Assembly (NCBI RefSeq): GCF_001548275.1
Contig: NZ_AP014945.1
Location: forward strand, 1,200,001-1,232,000
Source: Caldimicrobium thiodismutans
GTDB taxonomy: Bacteria > Desulfobacterota > Thermodesulfobacteria > Thermodesulfobacteriales > Thermodesulfobacteriaceae
Direction of reading: 5' to 3'
DNA length: 32,000 bases
The notes beneath the pieces were generated by a model. That model ran no database searches. It had not been told where the DNA came from and saw nothing but the letters and a program-made list of their open reading frames with translations. Shown piece after piece: positions 14,612 to 23,902 of the stretch (positions within the stretch are counted from its first letter, which is position 1; each line of letters starts with the position of its first letter). Both the position numbers and the translations under genes were made by a program.

Positions 14612-15976
14612 TTATAGCTTTGACCTTTTCCTGGAAAGTAACGTATATCCGGATATACACAGAAAAATATAGGCTCCAAAAGTGCCAAGGCAGATACCTT
14701 TTAATCCAAGCTTAAAATAAATCACTAAAAGATAATTCAAAGCCCCATTTATCATTACTCCCAGAAGGGCTATAAAAAAGATTGCCTTTAGCCACTCCCT
14801 TATTTGAAACACCCTGTATAAAATAGGCCAGATAAACATTAAGGGAAGACTTAAGGCATAATAACGAGTTGCCTCAGCTGTAAGAACTATATCTACTTTT
14901 GAAAAAGCACCATATCCAAAAAAAAGAGAAACTAATAAATCCGCAAAGAAAAATAAAATTAAAGTAAGAGGCAAAGTAATAAGAAAAATCTTTTTTAAGT
15001 AAAAATTTAACTTTTCAAGAGAACCCCCAACTTCAGATAGGGAGGTTATAGCCATGTGTTCAAGTTTTAAAATTCCCTTTGGAATTCCTGCCACAGTTAA
15101 GCCATAGGTTAAAGCTGAAACTGATTTTTCTTGAAGAAGGGAAGCAAAGGCCCTGTCTACAAGAATAAACAGGTGAAATGCTCCGTATAGAGCAGATAGA
15201 TAAAAAAAGTGCTGTAAAATTCTTTTAAAAGTGGCATCCACAAAAAAGTTAAAATGGATATAGGTCCTTCCTACATAAAGCATGTAAATGGTGGAAATTA
15301 ACTGGGCAAGAGAAAGGGAGATAGGCAACACCAGAGAAGAGCGATAGATAAAGAGGCCAAGGGAAATAAAAAGAAAGGTTGAAAAAGAAAAAAGGGCTTC
15401 TCCTACAAAATAGGCTGTAAAGTGCCTTGTGCTCCTCAAAACTGCACCAAAGTGATGAAAAATAAAATTTAGAAGGAGATAGGGCAAAAGAAGAAAATAA
15501 GCTTTTTTGGTTAAAGAGAGGGCTTCCTCGCTAAAGCCTCTTGGAATCTTTAACACAAGAGGATAAAAAATGAGAGCTAAAAAACCCGCTATCAGGGTTA
15601 AAATCAAGGTGAAGCTTAAAAGAAGCCCTGAAAGTCTTTTAAACTCTTCTTCACTTTTAAGGCGAGCCCTTACAAGATTGGGAACTCCTATGGAATCAAA
15701 AACATCGGCAAAAATTAAAAAAAGCCCGATAAGGGATACCGCCATAAAAAAGGCATCAGTTTCATAACTAAAACCAAGTAAAATAGCAATAGAAACATTT
15801 TTAAGATATCCAAAACCTCTTGCCAAAAGATTAATAAAAGAAGATTTAATAACCGCTTCCTTTACAGACTCTGAGGAAGTAGAAAAAAAACTTCTTAACA
15901 TCTCTTTTAAAAGATTTAAAATTCTTGAAATTTTCATTTGCCTTTGCAAGTCTATTCCAAAATTCCTATTTGACAA
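14612..15976 (-). CDS. MOP-superfamily flippase, MurJ/MviN-like
   Basis: Polytopic 454-aa ORF. LARGFGYLKNVSIAILLGFSYETDAFFMAVSLIG...FDSIGVPNLVR resembles the MurJ N-terminal signature. The start could be the TTG at 15976 or the ATG at 15937 (MKISRIL). Confidence 0.65.
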   Translation of the reverse strand: MSNRNFGIDLQRQMKISRILNLLKEMLRSFFSTSSESVKEAVIKSSFINLLARGFGYLKNVSIAILLGFSYETDAFFMAVSLIGLFLIFADVFDSIGVPNLVRARLKSEEEFKRLSGLLLSFTLILTLIAGFLALIFYPLVLKIPRGFSEEALSLTKKAYFLLLPYLLLNFIFHHFGAVLRSTRHFTAYFVGEALFSFSTFLFISLGLFIYRSSLVLPISLSLAQLISTIYMLYVGRTYIHFNFFVDATFKRILQHFFYLSALYGAFHLFILVDRAFASLLQEKSVSALTYGLTVAGIPKGILKLEHMAITSLSEVGGSLEKLNFYLKKIFLITLPLTLILFFFADLLVSLFFGYGAFSKVDIVLTAEATRYYALSLPLMFIWPILYRVFQIREWLKAIFFIALLGVMINGALNYLLVIYFKLGLKGICLGTFGAYIFLCISGYTLLSRKRSKL

Positions 15977-16591
15977 TCAAGAATTATTCAGGTAGTTTTC
16001 AAGGCGCTTTCTAAGAAGAATAAAGATAAAGAATGCCAGAAGAAAGGTTGCTGTGACTATTAGAATTTTATAAGGGTGCCCTCCATAGACTACATCTCCC
16101 TGAATGGAGAGGGCAAGAGTTCCCGGGGCTCTTCCAAGGGTAGAAACAATCAGAAAGGCTTTAAGCGATATAGGCATAAAAGGCATAAGATAATTAACTA
16201 AATCCTTGGGAAAACCAGGAAAAAGATAGAGAAAAAAAACTCCAGAAAGACCAAATTTTTTAAATAGTTTTTTTACTTTTAAATAAAAGGGATGCCCTTC
16301 ATATCTTGATAGAAAATGTTTTCTGAGAGAACGAACCAATAGAAAAACAAGAGCTGAGCCGAGAAAAATTCCAGTGACACTCAAAACAAAGCCCCAAAAG
16401 GCTCCAAAAAGAAAACCTGCCATAAAACCTGTTACCTCTCCTGGAAGGGGAGCAACAACAACCTGTAAGGCCTGAAGTAGAACAAAAAGAAAAGGCCCAA
16501 GATGGGGATGCTCCTTTATTATATCTCTAAGCAAAGTTCGGTCTTCCCAGAAATTTAAAAGATTATCCCACATAAGTTTTTTATAGGCCAA
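15977..16591 (-). CDS. TVP38/TMEM64 (DedA-superfamily) membrane protein
   Basis: VVAPLPGEVTGFMAGFLFGAFWGFVLSVTGIFLGSALVFLLVRSL. It is 204 aa and multi-TM. Confidence 0.75.
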   Translation of the reverse strand: MAYKKLMWDNLLNFWEDRTLLRDIIKEHPHLGPFLFVLLQALQVVVAPLPGEVTGFMAGFLFGAFWGFVLSVTGIFLGSALVFLLVRSLRKHFLSRYEGHPFYLKVKKLFKKFGLSGVFFLYLFPGFPKDLVNYLMPFMPISLKAFLIVSTLGRAPGTLALSIQGDVVYGGHPYKILIVTATFLLAFFIFILLRKRLENYLNNS

Positions 16592-17897
16592 AGAGAAGTT
16601 TCAAAACCTCTTGTAGGCTTTTTAGAGGATAAATTTCAAATGTTTTTGAGTTGATCTCAATCTTTCCATAGTCAGGCACAAGGGCTTTCTTGAAGCCTTT
16701 TTTTTCAGCCTCTTTAAGCCTGAGAGTCAAATCTCTTACAGGTCTTAATTCTCCTGAAAGCCCTATCTCCCCTATATAGAGCGTTTTTTGAGGAAGCTCC
16801 TTCTCAAAGAGACTTGAAAGGAGAGATACAGAAATTGCAAGGTCTGCTGAAGGATCGGTTATCCTTAATCCTCCTGCTACTTTAACATAGACATCCTTAT
16901 CTCCAAGGGAGAGTCCAAGCCTTTTTTCAAGGATGGCACAAAGAAGGCTTAGTCTTATCGGGTCATAACCAACGGACTGACGCCTTGGTAAACTCAAATA
17001 ACTTTTAGAGGTTAAGGCCTGAACCTCAACTATGAGAGGTCTTGTCCCTTCAAGGATACAAAAGGGGGCCCCTTTTCCAGTAAGAAAGAGCTCTTCATAC
17101 TGGGAGTGAGATTTAAGCCCAGCCTCTGTCATCACAAAAACACCAATCTCATTTACCGCCCCAAAACGGTTCTTCATGGCCCTGAGAATACGAAATCCCG
17201 TTTCCCTCTCTCCCTCAAGATAAAGCACCACATCCACAAGATGCTCAAGAATCTTTGGCCCTGCAATAACCCCCTCCTTCGTAATGTGTCCCACAAGAAA
17301 AATACTTATATCTTTCTCCTTTGCAAGCCTTAACAACTGATTAGCGCATTCCCTTACCTGAGAGACACTCCCCGGTGAAGAAGCAAGCTCAGGTAGATAT
17401 ACCGTTTGAATAGAGTCAACGATGATAACCTCTGGCTTTATCTCCTCAACAACTTCAAAGAGAAGGGATAAATCTGTTTCGGAGAGAAAATAAAAGTCTT
17501 CAACTATTTGAAGCCTTTTAGTTCTTAATTTAACCTGTTCTGGAGATTCTTCAGCAGAAAAGTAAAGCACCCTTTTTCCCTGCTCTGTGAGATAACCTGC
17601 CATCTGGGTTAAAAGGGTTGATTTTCCTATACCTGGATCTCCCCCGATTAAAATCAAAGAGGCTGGAACAATGCCACCTCCAAGGACAAGGTCAAACTCA
17701 GAAAGCCCTGTTGAAATCCTTGGCTTGGAAAAATAGGATACCTCGGCAAGCTTTAAAACCCTGAAAGGTTTGGTCTCTCTTTTTTTGGAAGCCCTTTCCT
17801 CTTTTTCTTCAAGAAAACTATTCCAGGCCCCACATTCAGGACACCTTCCAAGCCACTTAAGACTCTTATAACCACAACTCTGGCACTGATAACTCAT
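16581..17897 (-). CDS. radA: DNA repair protein RadA/Sms
   Basis: N-terminal Zn-ribbon CQSCGY...CPECGAWNSF, Walker A GGDPGIGKSTLL, the KNRFG motif and a Lon-like C-terminal domain. Confidence 0.95.
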   Translation of the reverse strand: MSYQCQSCGYKSLKWLGRCPECGAWNSFLEEKEERASKKRETKPFRVLKLAEVSYFSKPRISTGLSEFDLVLGGGIVPASLILIGGDPGIGKSTLLTQMAGYLTEQGKRVLYFSAEESPEQVKLRTKRLQIVEDFYFLSETDLSLLFEVVEEIKPEVIIVDSIQTVYLPELASSPGSVSQVRECANQLLRLAKEKDISIFLVGHITKEGVIAGPKILEHLVDVVLYLEGERETGFRILRAMKNRFGAVNEIGVFVMTEAGLKSHSQYEELFLTGKGAPFCILEGTRPLIVEVQALTSKSYLSLPRRQSVGYDPIRLSLLCAILEKRLGLSLGDKDVYVKVAGGLRITDPSADLAISVSLLSSLFEKELPQKTLYIGEIGLSGELRPVRDLTLRLKEAEKKGFKKALVPDYGKIEINSKTFEIYPLKSLQEVLKLLFGL

Positions 17898-19390
17898 CTA
17901 ACTAAATCCTTTACATAAATTCCCTTCCAGAGGGAAAAGGATTTCTCCTTTCCATAATAATTCAGTCTCAATTCCTCAAGCTTTAAAGGAGCCTTTAAAA
18001 CCCCTGGTTCAAAAATACCCTTTTGCACATATAAAACCTCTTTTCCAATGATTTCCTCATCCTCTCTCCATAAATGATATTGATTTTCAGGCCTCTTTTC
18101 AAGATTTACCACATAAACTTCGGGGTGAGAGTTCATATAAAAGGCAAGGGAGCTTGCAATTTCTCTATGACTTGCAAGAAGAGGAATCCCCTCTTGATAA
18201 TGTTTTTCCACAAATTGAGAAAGATCCTTCCAGCCATAAAATTTATAAAGCAAGAGCGCTGAAGATCTTCCAAAGATATCTGGCTTTCTTGGAAGAGCAA
18301 GCACCATAAGAGACACACCAAGAATTATAAAAAGATTTAAAATATATAGAAATTTTGTGAAATTTTTTTGTAGGAGAAAGAAAAGCACCCAGAGATAGCC
18401 ACTCAGAAAAAAGGGCATGATCCAGTTAGGATTAAACTCTTTAAAAAGGGAAAGGATTAAAAGAACTAAAAGGGGCGGAAAGGAAGTAAAATAAAAAAAA
18501 TTGAGAATTTTTAGCTGAAAGGCCTCAGCGTAAGAGAGATTTTTAAATGCCCCTTTTAAATTCAATTTAATAATACTAAAATATTTAAAACCATATTTCA
18601 AAAAATATAAGAAAAATATAGGCCCAAAGAGAAAAAATAGGCCTCCATAAAATTTGAGATAATAAGAAAAAGAAGGCACCCCTCTTTCAAAGTGCTCTTC
18701 TGTATGTTTAAAAAGAGTGAAGTGGTGCTTAAAATTCCAGTAAAGATTGGGAAGAAGGAGGATGAAAGGTAAGAGAAGGAGTAGGAGAGTTTCTCTTTTT
18801 TTCAGGGTTTCTCTTTCAAAGAAAAAGAGATAGAGAAAAGTTAAAACAGGAAGGGCAAGAGCTGTTTGTTTGGTAAGTAGGGCAAGGCCCATGGATATAC
18901 CTGTAAATATAGCTCTTAAAAAGGTGGGATTTTTTAAATATTCAACGAAAAAATAAAGACTTAGCGTCCAGAAAAAAAGAAGGGGTGGATCAATGGTCAT
19001 CACAAAGCTGTATACCAAAAAGATGGGGACAAAGCTTAAGGTGAAAAGGTGGGCCCTTGCCAGGTATTCTCCAAAGTAGCGGAAGGTTAAGACATATAGA
19101 AGGGTTATGGCTCCAGTTATTGATAAGAGGGCAGGAAGCCTTACCGCAAATTCACTAATTCCAAAGGCTTTAGTGGAAAGATAAATTAGCCAGGCAACCA
19201 TAGGAGGCTTACTGTAATAACCCCAATCAAGATGCCTTGCCCAGTCCCAATAATAGGACTCATCATAAGAAAGAAGAAGGGGAAGCTCCTTAAGATAAAA
19301 AAATTTCCCTGTGAAAAGGATTAAAAGAAAAAGACCTCCAATACTAAAGAGATAATCTACGAAATATTTTCTCTGGAATTTTTGACTCAA
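17894..19390 (-). CDS. Glycosyltransferase family 39 (ArnT/PMT-like lipid-linked sugar transferase)
   Basis: DESYYWDWARHLDWGYYSKPPMVAWLIYL signature in a polytopic 498-aa protein. It has a 4-nt overlap with radA. Confidence 0.8.
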   Translation of the reverse strand: MSQKFQRKYFVDYLFSIGGLFLLILFTGKFFYLKELPLLLSYDESYYWDWARHLDWGYYSKPPMVAWLIYLSTKAFGISEFAVRLPALLSITGAITLLYVLTFRYFGEYLARAHLFTLSFVPIFLVYSFVMTIDPPLLFFWTLSLYFFVEYLKNPTFLRAIFTGISMGLALLTKQTALALPVLTFLYLFFFERETLKKRETLLLLLLPFILLLPNLYWNFKHHFTLFKHTEEHFERGVPSFSYYLKFYGGLFFLFGPIFFLYFLKYGFKYFSIIKLNLKGAFKNLSYAEAFQLKILNFFYFTSFPPLLVLLILSLFKEFNPNWIMPFFLSGYLWVLFFLLQKNFTKFLYILNLFIILGVSLMVLALPRKPDIFGRSSALLLYKFYGWKDLSQFVEKHYQEGIPLLASHREIASSLAFYMNSHPEVYVVNLEKRPENQYHLWREDEEIIGKEVLYVQKGIFEPGVLKAPLKLEELRLNYYGKEKSFSLWKGIYVKDLVR

Positions 19391-19398
19391 GGGCTTAT

Positions 19399-19875
19399 CT
19401 ACTTTGGCACAGTTATAAAAACAACGAGAGGAAATTTTTCCTCAAGCTCAGAAGAGATTTCTTGTGCAATAACAACAGGAATAGTTTCCATCTTATAGGC
19501 CTTAGAAAAAATCTCTGCCCTCTTTAAAGCCCTTTCTGCATCCTTCTCATAGGCTGAAACTGACGCCTCAACTGCTAAAAGAAGCTCCCTTGGCTCTTCC
19601 TTCTTTCTACATCTAATAAGCATATCTAAATCAAGGGCATAATTCCTTTCTTCCCAGGTAATAATGCCCTGAGAAACCGCTTCATCAAGAACCTCAAGCC
19701 AGGTCTCACCTGGAATAACCTTGACCCTAAGAAAAAATCTCCCAAAATAGGCATGAGCCCTATCTCTTACTTTACGCTCAAAAAATATATCTTCAATATC
19801 TTCAAAGGCAATTACAGGAGTTTTATCCATCTCCTTCTTAATCTTTCTTGTATCTTCTATGGCTTGAGTTTGCAT
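19399..19875 (-). CDS. Hypothetical protein with a possible PD-(D/E)xK-like motif
   Basis: The ATG at 19875 (MQTQAIEDTRK) is preferred over the TTG at 19887. The block ALDLDMLIRCRKKEEPRELLLAVEASVSAYEKDAERALKRAEIF has D...E-x-S spacing reminiscent of restriction-endonuclease-like folds. No family was assigned. Confidence 0.5.
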   Translation of the reverse strand: MQTQAIEDTRKIKKEMDKTPVIAFEDIEDIFFERKVRDRAHAYFGRFFLRVKVIPGETWLEVLDEAVSQGIITWEERNYALDLDMLIRCRKKEEPRELLLAVEASVSAYEKDAERALKRAEIFSKAYKMETIPVVIAQEISSELEEKFPLVVFITVPK

Positions 19876-19946
19876 AAAAAACCCCAAAAAAATTAGCCTC
19901 TTTTAAAATTATACCCACAATTTAAATTTTGACAAATTTTAAAACC

Positions 19947-20528
19947 CTAAATTTGCTTCCACACCCAATAGAAAGTAAATCCTATCAAAAACCCAAGAAT
20001 ATATCCTCCAAATACATCCAAGGGAAAATGATGCCCAAGGTAAATTCGAGAATATCCAACAAGAAGTGCAAAGAGAATAGTAAGAGGACTTAAAGAGGGT
20101 TTCAAAAAACTCACAAAGGTTGAACCAAAGCCTGCATTTCCTGCATGACAGGAGGGAAAACTCAGAGTTTTTTTATAGGTTAAGGGGGTTTCCACAAATC
20201 TGAAGTGGTCTTCTGTGTAAAAATAAACTCCGGGAAGACAGGCAAAGGGCCTTTCCCGCTGAAAAATTGGCTTAAAAATTTTCCCGCAGGAAAAATCAGA
20301 AATTCCAAAACCAAGAATAAAAAAAAGTATTAAAAAAAGATACTTTTTGAGACTCAGTTTTCTCTCTCTGGAATATAAAAAGACAACTAAAAGAAAAAGG
20401 AAAATATAGAAAAGGAATAAGGAAGTCTTTTGGCTAAAGAGAGGAAGAATTTTATCTAAATAACTTGTGCGAACTCCATTAATAATATAAAAAAGTTTTA
20501 TATCAAGGGAAATTATCGTGTCTATCAA
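19947..20528 (-). CDS. PAP2-family lipid phosphatase (undecaprenyl-diphosphatase/phosphatidic-acid-phosphatase type)
   Basis: The three PAP2 motifs are present: [18 protein letters not shown] and [13 protein letters not shown]. Confidence 0.85.
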   Translation of the reverse strand: MIDTIISLDIKLFYIINGVRTSYLDKILPLFSQKTSLFLFYIFLFLLVVFLYSRERKLSLKKYLFLILFFILGFGISDFSCGKIFKPIFQRERPFACLPGVYFYTEDHFRFVETPLTYKKTLSFPSCHAGNAGFGSTFVSFLKPSLSPLTILFALLVGYSRIYLGHHFPLDVFGGYILGFLIGFTFYWVWKQI

Positions 20529-21181
20529 AGAATCTGGATCCCAGCCTTTTTTGCATCTTCAAGAAATTTAGAAAGCCCAATATCAGTAAGAGGATGTTTA
20601 AGCATTTGTTCAATCACCTTAAAGGGAATAGTTGCAATATCCACCCCAAGATGGGCACATCTTCTTACATGATCCACATGTCTTATGCTGGCTGCAATAA
20701 TTTCTGTTTCAATTCCATAAACCTCATAGATATGAACAATTTCTTCTGTGACAAGCATTCCGTCATAGCCAATATCATCAACTCTTCCAAGGAAGGGTGA
20801 CACATAGGTAGCTCCAAGTTTTCCAGCAACAAGAGCCTGAAGAGGAGAAAAAACAAGGGTTACATTGGTCTTAATTCCTTCCTCTGTTAAAACCCTTATA
20901 GCTTTTAACCCCTCGGTAGTAAAGGGAATCTTTATTACCACATTGGGACCCATTTTGGCAAGTTCTCGTGCTTCCTTAATCATTCCCTCAGCATCTGTTG
21001 CAATTACTTCAAGGGAAACAGGTTTATCGGGAATCTCCCTTAAAATTTCAAGGGCTGCTTCTTTCCATGGTTTCCCGGTTTGAGAAAGAAGGGTTGGATT
21101 AGTGGTAACTCCATCAAGAATTCCCCATTCCTTAACCTTTCTTATTTCCTCAATCTTTGCAGTATCCACAAAAATTTTCAT
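20525..21181 (-). CDS. tal: Transaldolase / fructose-6-phosphate aldolase (short type 3B)
   Basis: [32 protein letters not shown], with a length of 218 aa. Confidence 0.9.
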   Translation of the reverse strand: MKIFVDTAKIEEIRKVKEWGILDGVTTNPTLLSQTGKPWKEAALEILREIPDKPVSLEVIATDAEGMIKEARELAKMGPNVVIKIPFTTEGLKAIRVLTEEGIKTNVTLVFSPLQALVAGKLGATYVSPFLGRVDDIGYDGMLVTEEIVHIYEVYGIETEIIAASIRHVDHVRRCAHLGVDIATIPFKVIEQMLKHPLTDIGLSKFLEDAKKAGIQIL

Positions 21182-21211
21182 CTTTTACCCCCTATTTAAA
21201 CTTTGATTTTT

Positions 21212-22402
21212 TCAAAATGTGGCAAGATTTTTAAGTCTTAAAGCATTCAACCGAATAAAACCTTCTGCATCTTTATGGCTATAACCTCCTTCCTCTTCAA
21301 AGCTTGCAAGCTCTTTTTTGTAGAGACTAAAGGGGCTCTTTCTTCCACAAACAATTACATTTCCTTTATAGAGTTTTAAACGCACGGTTCCTGTGACCCT
21401 CTCCTGGGTCTCCTCTATCAGGTGTTTTAAAGCCTGGAATTCAGGGCTAAACCAGTATCCATAATAAATAAGTTCTGCGATCTTTGGCATAAGAGTATCT
21501 TTTAGGCGCATAACCTCTCTATCAAGGGTGATTTGTTCTAAAGCTCTGTGGGCTATATGAAGAATAGTTCCTCCCGGGGTTTCATAAATTCCCCTTGATT
21601 TTATCCCTACATAACGATTTTCCACCATATCAACTCTTCCAACTCCATGGAGTCCTCCAAGGTAATTAAGTTTCTGAAGGAGTTCAACAGGAGATAGGGC
21701 TTCTCCATTTATAGCCACCGGCTCTCCTCTATCAAAATCAATCTCTATGTATTCAGGCTTATCTGGAGCCTTCTCAGGAGAATTGGTAAGAATAAACATA
21801 TCCTCAGGAGGTTCCTGCCAGATATCCTCAAGAATCCCCCCTTCATAACTTATATGAAAGAGATTGGCATCAATACTGTATGGCTTTTCAGGAGTTACAG
21901 GAACAGGGATCCCCTTTTCTTTGGCATAGGCAATGAGATCACTTCTTCCTTTAAATTCCCACTCCCTCCATGGTGCAATGATCTTAAGATGAGGCGCAAG
22001 GGAAGAATAAGTGAGCTCAAAGCGGACCTGATCATTTCCCTTTCCTGTTGCCCCATGAGAGACTGCATCTGCTCCCTCTCTTAAGGCTACTTCAACCTGA
22101 GCCTTGGCTATAAGGGGACGGGCAAGAGAAGTTCCCATGAGATACCAGTCCTCGTATCTTGCTCCGGCCTTTATGGCAAAGAAACAATACTCCTTTACAA
22201 ATTCCTGTTTTAAATCCTGAATAATAACCTTTTCTGCTCCTATGGAAAGGGCCTTTTTCTTTACTTCTTCCCAATCCTCCCCCTGCCCAAGATCCGCTGA
22301 AAAGGCAATCACAGGACACTGATACCTTTCAATAAGCCATTTCAAAATAACTGAAGTATCAAGACCTCCTGAATAGGCAAGCACAATCTTTTTGGGTTTC
22401 AA
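21212..22402 (-). CDS. argG: Argininosuccinate synthase
   Basis: [17 protein letters not shown]-binding motif, the expected length of 396 aa, and conserved blocks throughout. Confidence 0.95.
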   Translation of the reverse strand: MKPKKIVLAYSGGLDTSVILKWLIERYQCPVIAFSADLGQGEDWEEVKKKALSIGAEKVIIQDLKQEFVKEYCFFAIKAGARYEDWYLMGTSLARPLIAKAQVEVALREGADAVSHGATGKGNDQVRFELTYSSLAPHLKIIAPWREWEFKGRSDLIAYAKEKGIPVPVTPEKPYSIDANLFHISYEGGILEDIWQEPPEDMFILTNSPEKAPDKPEYIEIDFDRGEPVAINGEALSPVELLQKLNYLGGLHGVGRVDMVENRYVGIKSRGIYETPGGTILHIAHRALEQITLDREVMRLKDTLMPKIAELIYYGYWFSPEFQALKHLIEETQERVTGTVRLKLYKGNVIVCGRKSPFSLYKKELASFEEEGGYSHKDAEGFIRLNALRLKNLATF

Positions 22403-22425
22403 AGGATGCCTCCTTCAGAATAGAC

Positions 22426-22743
22426 TTAACTCCTCTCTATTTCTTCACCCAGCTTTTCTTCAAGGGATTTAAGCTTGGAAATTATCCCCGAACTTCTTCC
22501 TTTCCGATAATCAAATTTTACATTGCAAATGACACGGTTACAATCAGATTCCATTACTTCAAAACATTTTCTTATCACAGAAAGAGCGGAATCAAGTGTT
22601 TCTGTTTCAAAGGTTGTTTCCATGGGAGAAACCTTATAGGGAAAGCCTGATTCCTTTATAACCTTTACAGCTCTTGCCACATAACTACTAACGCTTTCCC
22701 CTTTATCAAGAGGGAAAATACTTATGGACACAAGAACACTCAT
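22426..22743 (-). CDS. MTH1187/YkoF-family (UPF0045) thiamine-binding-like protein
   Basis: 105 aa. VSISIFPLDKGESVSSYVARAVKVIKESG...SPMETTFE is typical of the family. Confidence 0.75.
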   Translation of the reverse strand: MSVLVSISIFPLDKGESVSSYVARAVKVIKESGFPYKVSPMETTFETETLDSALSVIRKCFEVMESDCNRVICNVKFDYRKGRSSGIISKLKSLEEKLGEEIERS

Positions 22744-22784
22744 ATCTCCAAATTTACACTAAAAAAAATTTTTCTCAATTAGTT

Positions 22785-22809
22785 GTATAAGTCCAAAGCT
22801 TTTGAGACT
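22785..22809 (+). repeat. 25-nt motif copy 2 (GTATAAGTCCAAAGCTTTTGAGACT)
   Basis: 22/25 identical to 12338-12362. It has a central palindrome AAAGCTTT flanked by AGTC/GACT. It lies about 40-65 nt upstream of the first gene of the argG-containing minus-strand block. Confidence 0.5.
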
Positions 22810-23164
22810 CTATAGTATTTTTTCTTTGGGCATAACACAAATTAAATCTCTCCACATACCCGTTCCCCTTCAGAAAGAGGAGCTTTTTTACCACCCTTAC
22901 TTTTTTCTCGTAAGGATCTGAGCTTATGCAGTTTATGAGGGCGATTTTCAGAAGTTTTTAAGCTATAAACATTCGTATTTCCAAAGACCATCGGAAAAAG
23001 GTTTGCATAATTGTCAAGAACATCCCTAATGAGGATAATTTTCAGATAACCTTGGACCTGCGGAATACTTTTATGTAAGCACTTATTTGCACCTGCACAG
23101 GTAATTTCTTAACAATCCTTTAACAACTCTTTAATAAAAACTTAACCTTTAGCCTTCATACTAT

Positions 23165-23902
23165 ATGCCAATGGAAAAATGCGCTATAGTGGAGCTTCAT
23201 GATGTAAGCCCACACTATTATGATGAAATAGCGCAGGCTATAGAGTTACTTGCAGTCTGTGGCATTGAGAAATATTCTCTTCTTCTTGTTCCCAATTTCT
23301 GGGATAAGGCACCTATTTACAAATATACAAGTTTCGTAAAAGCTATATTCTCAACAGGTCAAGAGCTTGTGCTTCACGGATATAACCATAAGGGTAAGGG
23401 TATAAGACTGAGGGACCTTTTGTGGACCTATGGGGAGGGAGAGTTTGGGGGGCTAACCCTTTCTGAGACCTACTCAAGGATAGAAAAAACCTTGGAAATG
23501 GTGAGCTTTTTGGACATGAAGTTTGAGTTTTTTGTCCCGCCTGCATGGATAGGAAACCGCTACCTTGAAGATGTGCTTTACTCTTTTGAGTTCAAAGCTG
23601 TTGCCTATAGAAAGGGTATAAAACACCTTGACACGGGAGCCTTATACACCTGCCCGGTTATAACCTTCAGCAACAGACCACTTCTTAGCCAGCTTAGTAT
23701 AACCTTTGGACCTGCACTATTCAGGCTATATCAGGATAGTCCAATTCTTAGGCTTGCCTTGCATCCAAGAGATTTCAGGGATAAGAGAAAGATAAAACTG
23801 TGGAGGTTTTTGCTTGCTAAAACAAAAAAAACAAGGAGGTTAATAAGCTATGAAGAACTTTTTAGCAAGAGCAGACTTGCACCTTCACTCCAAGGCTTCT
23901 AA
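23165..23902 (+). CDS. DUF2334 domain protein (polysaccharide-deacetylase-like fold)
   Basis: VELHDVSPHYYDEI...SLLLVPNFWDKAP...GQELVLHGYNHKG...EFGGL...FFVPPAW follows the DUF2334 pattern. The region is GC-rich. Confidence 0.75.
   Translation: MPMEKCAIVELHDVSPHYYDEIAQAIELLAVCGIEKYSLLLVPNFWDKAPIYKYTSFVKAIFSTGQELVLHGYNHKGKGIRLRDLLWTYGEGEFGGLTLSETYSRIEKTLEMVSFLDMKFEFFVPPAWIGNRYLEDVLYSFEFKAVAYRKGIKHLDTGALYTCPVITFSNRPLLSQLSITFGPALFRLYQDSPILRLALHPRDFRDKRKIKLWRFLLAKTKKTRRLISYEELFSKSRLAPSLQGF

Noticed and set aside
15570-18321. Small ORFs 15570-15767, 17106-17333, 18074-18262 and 18133-18321
   Set aside because: All are embedded in or antisense to the MurJ-like, radA and GT39 genes. No independent evidence supports them.
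20594-22319. Small ORFs 20594-20800, 20865-21083, 21854-22084 and 22092-22319
   Set aside because: They are shadows within or antisense to the transaldolase and argG genes.
22830-23095. About 85-codon open frame on the minus strand without a start codon (…CAGANKCLHKSIPQVQGYLKIILIRDVLDNYANLFPMVFGNTNVYSLKTSENRPHKLHKLRSLREKSKGGKK…)
   Set aside because: It may be another gene remnant at the island edge, but I could not recognise any family and there is no start or RBS. I am not confident enough to annotate it.
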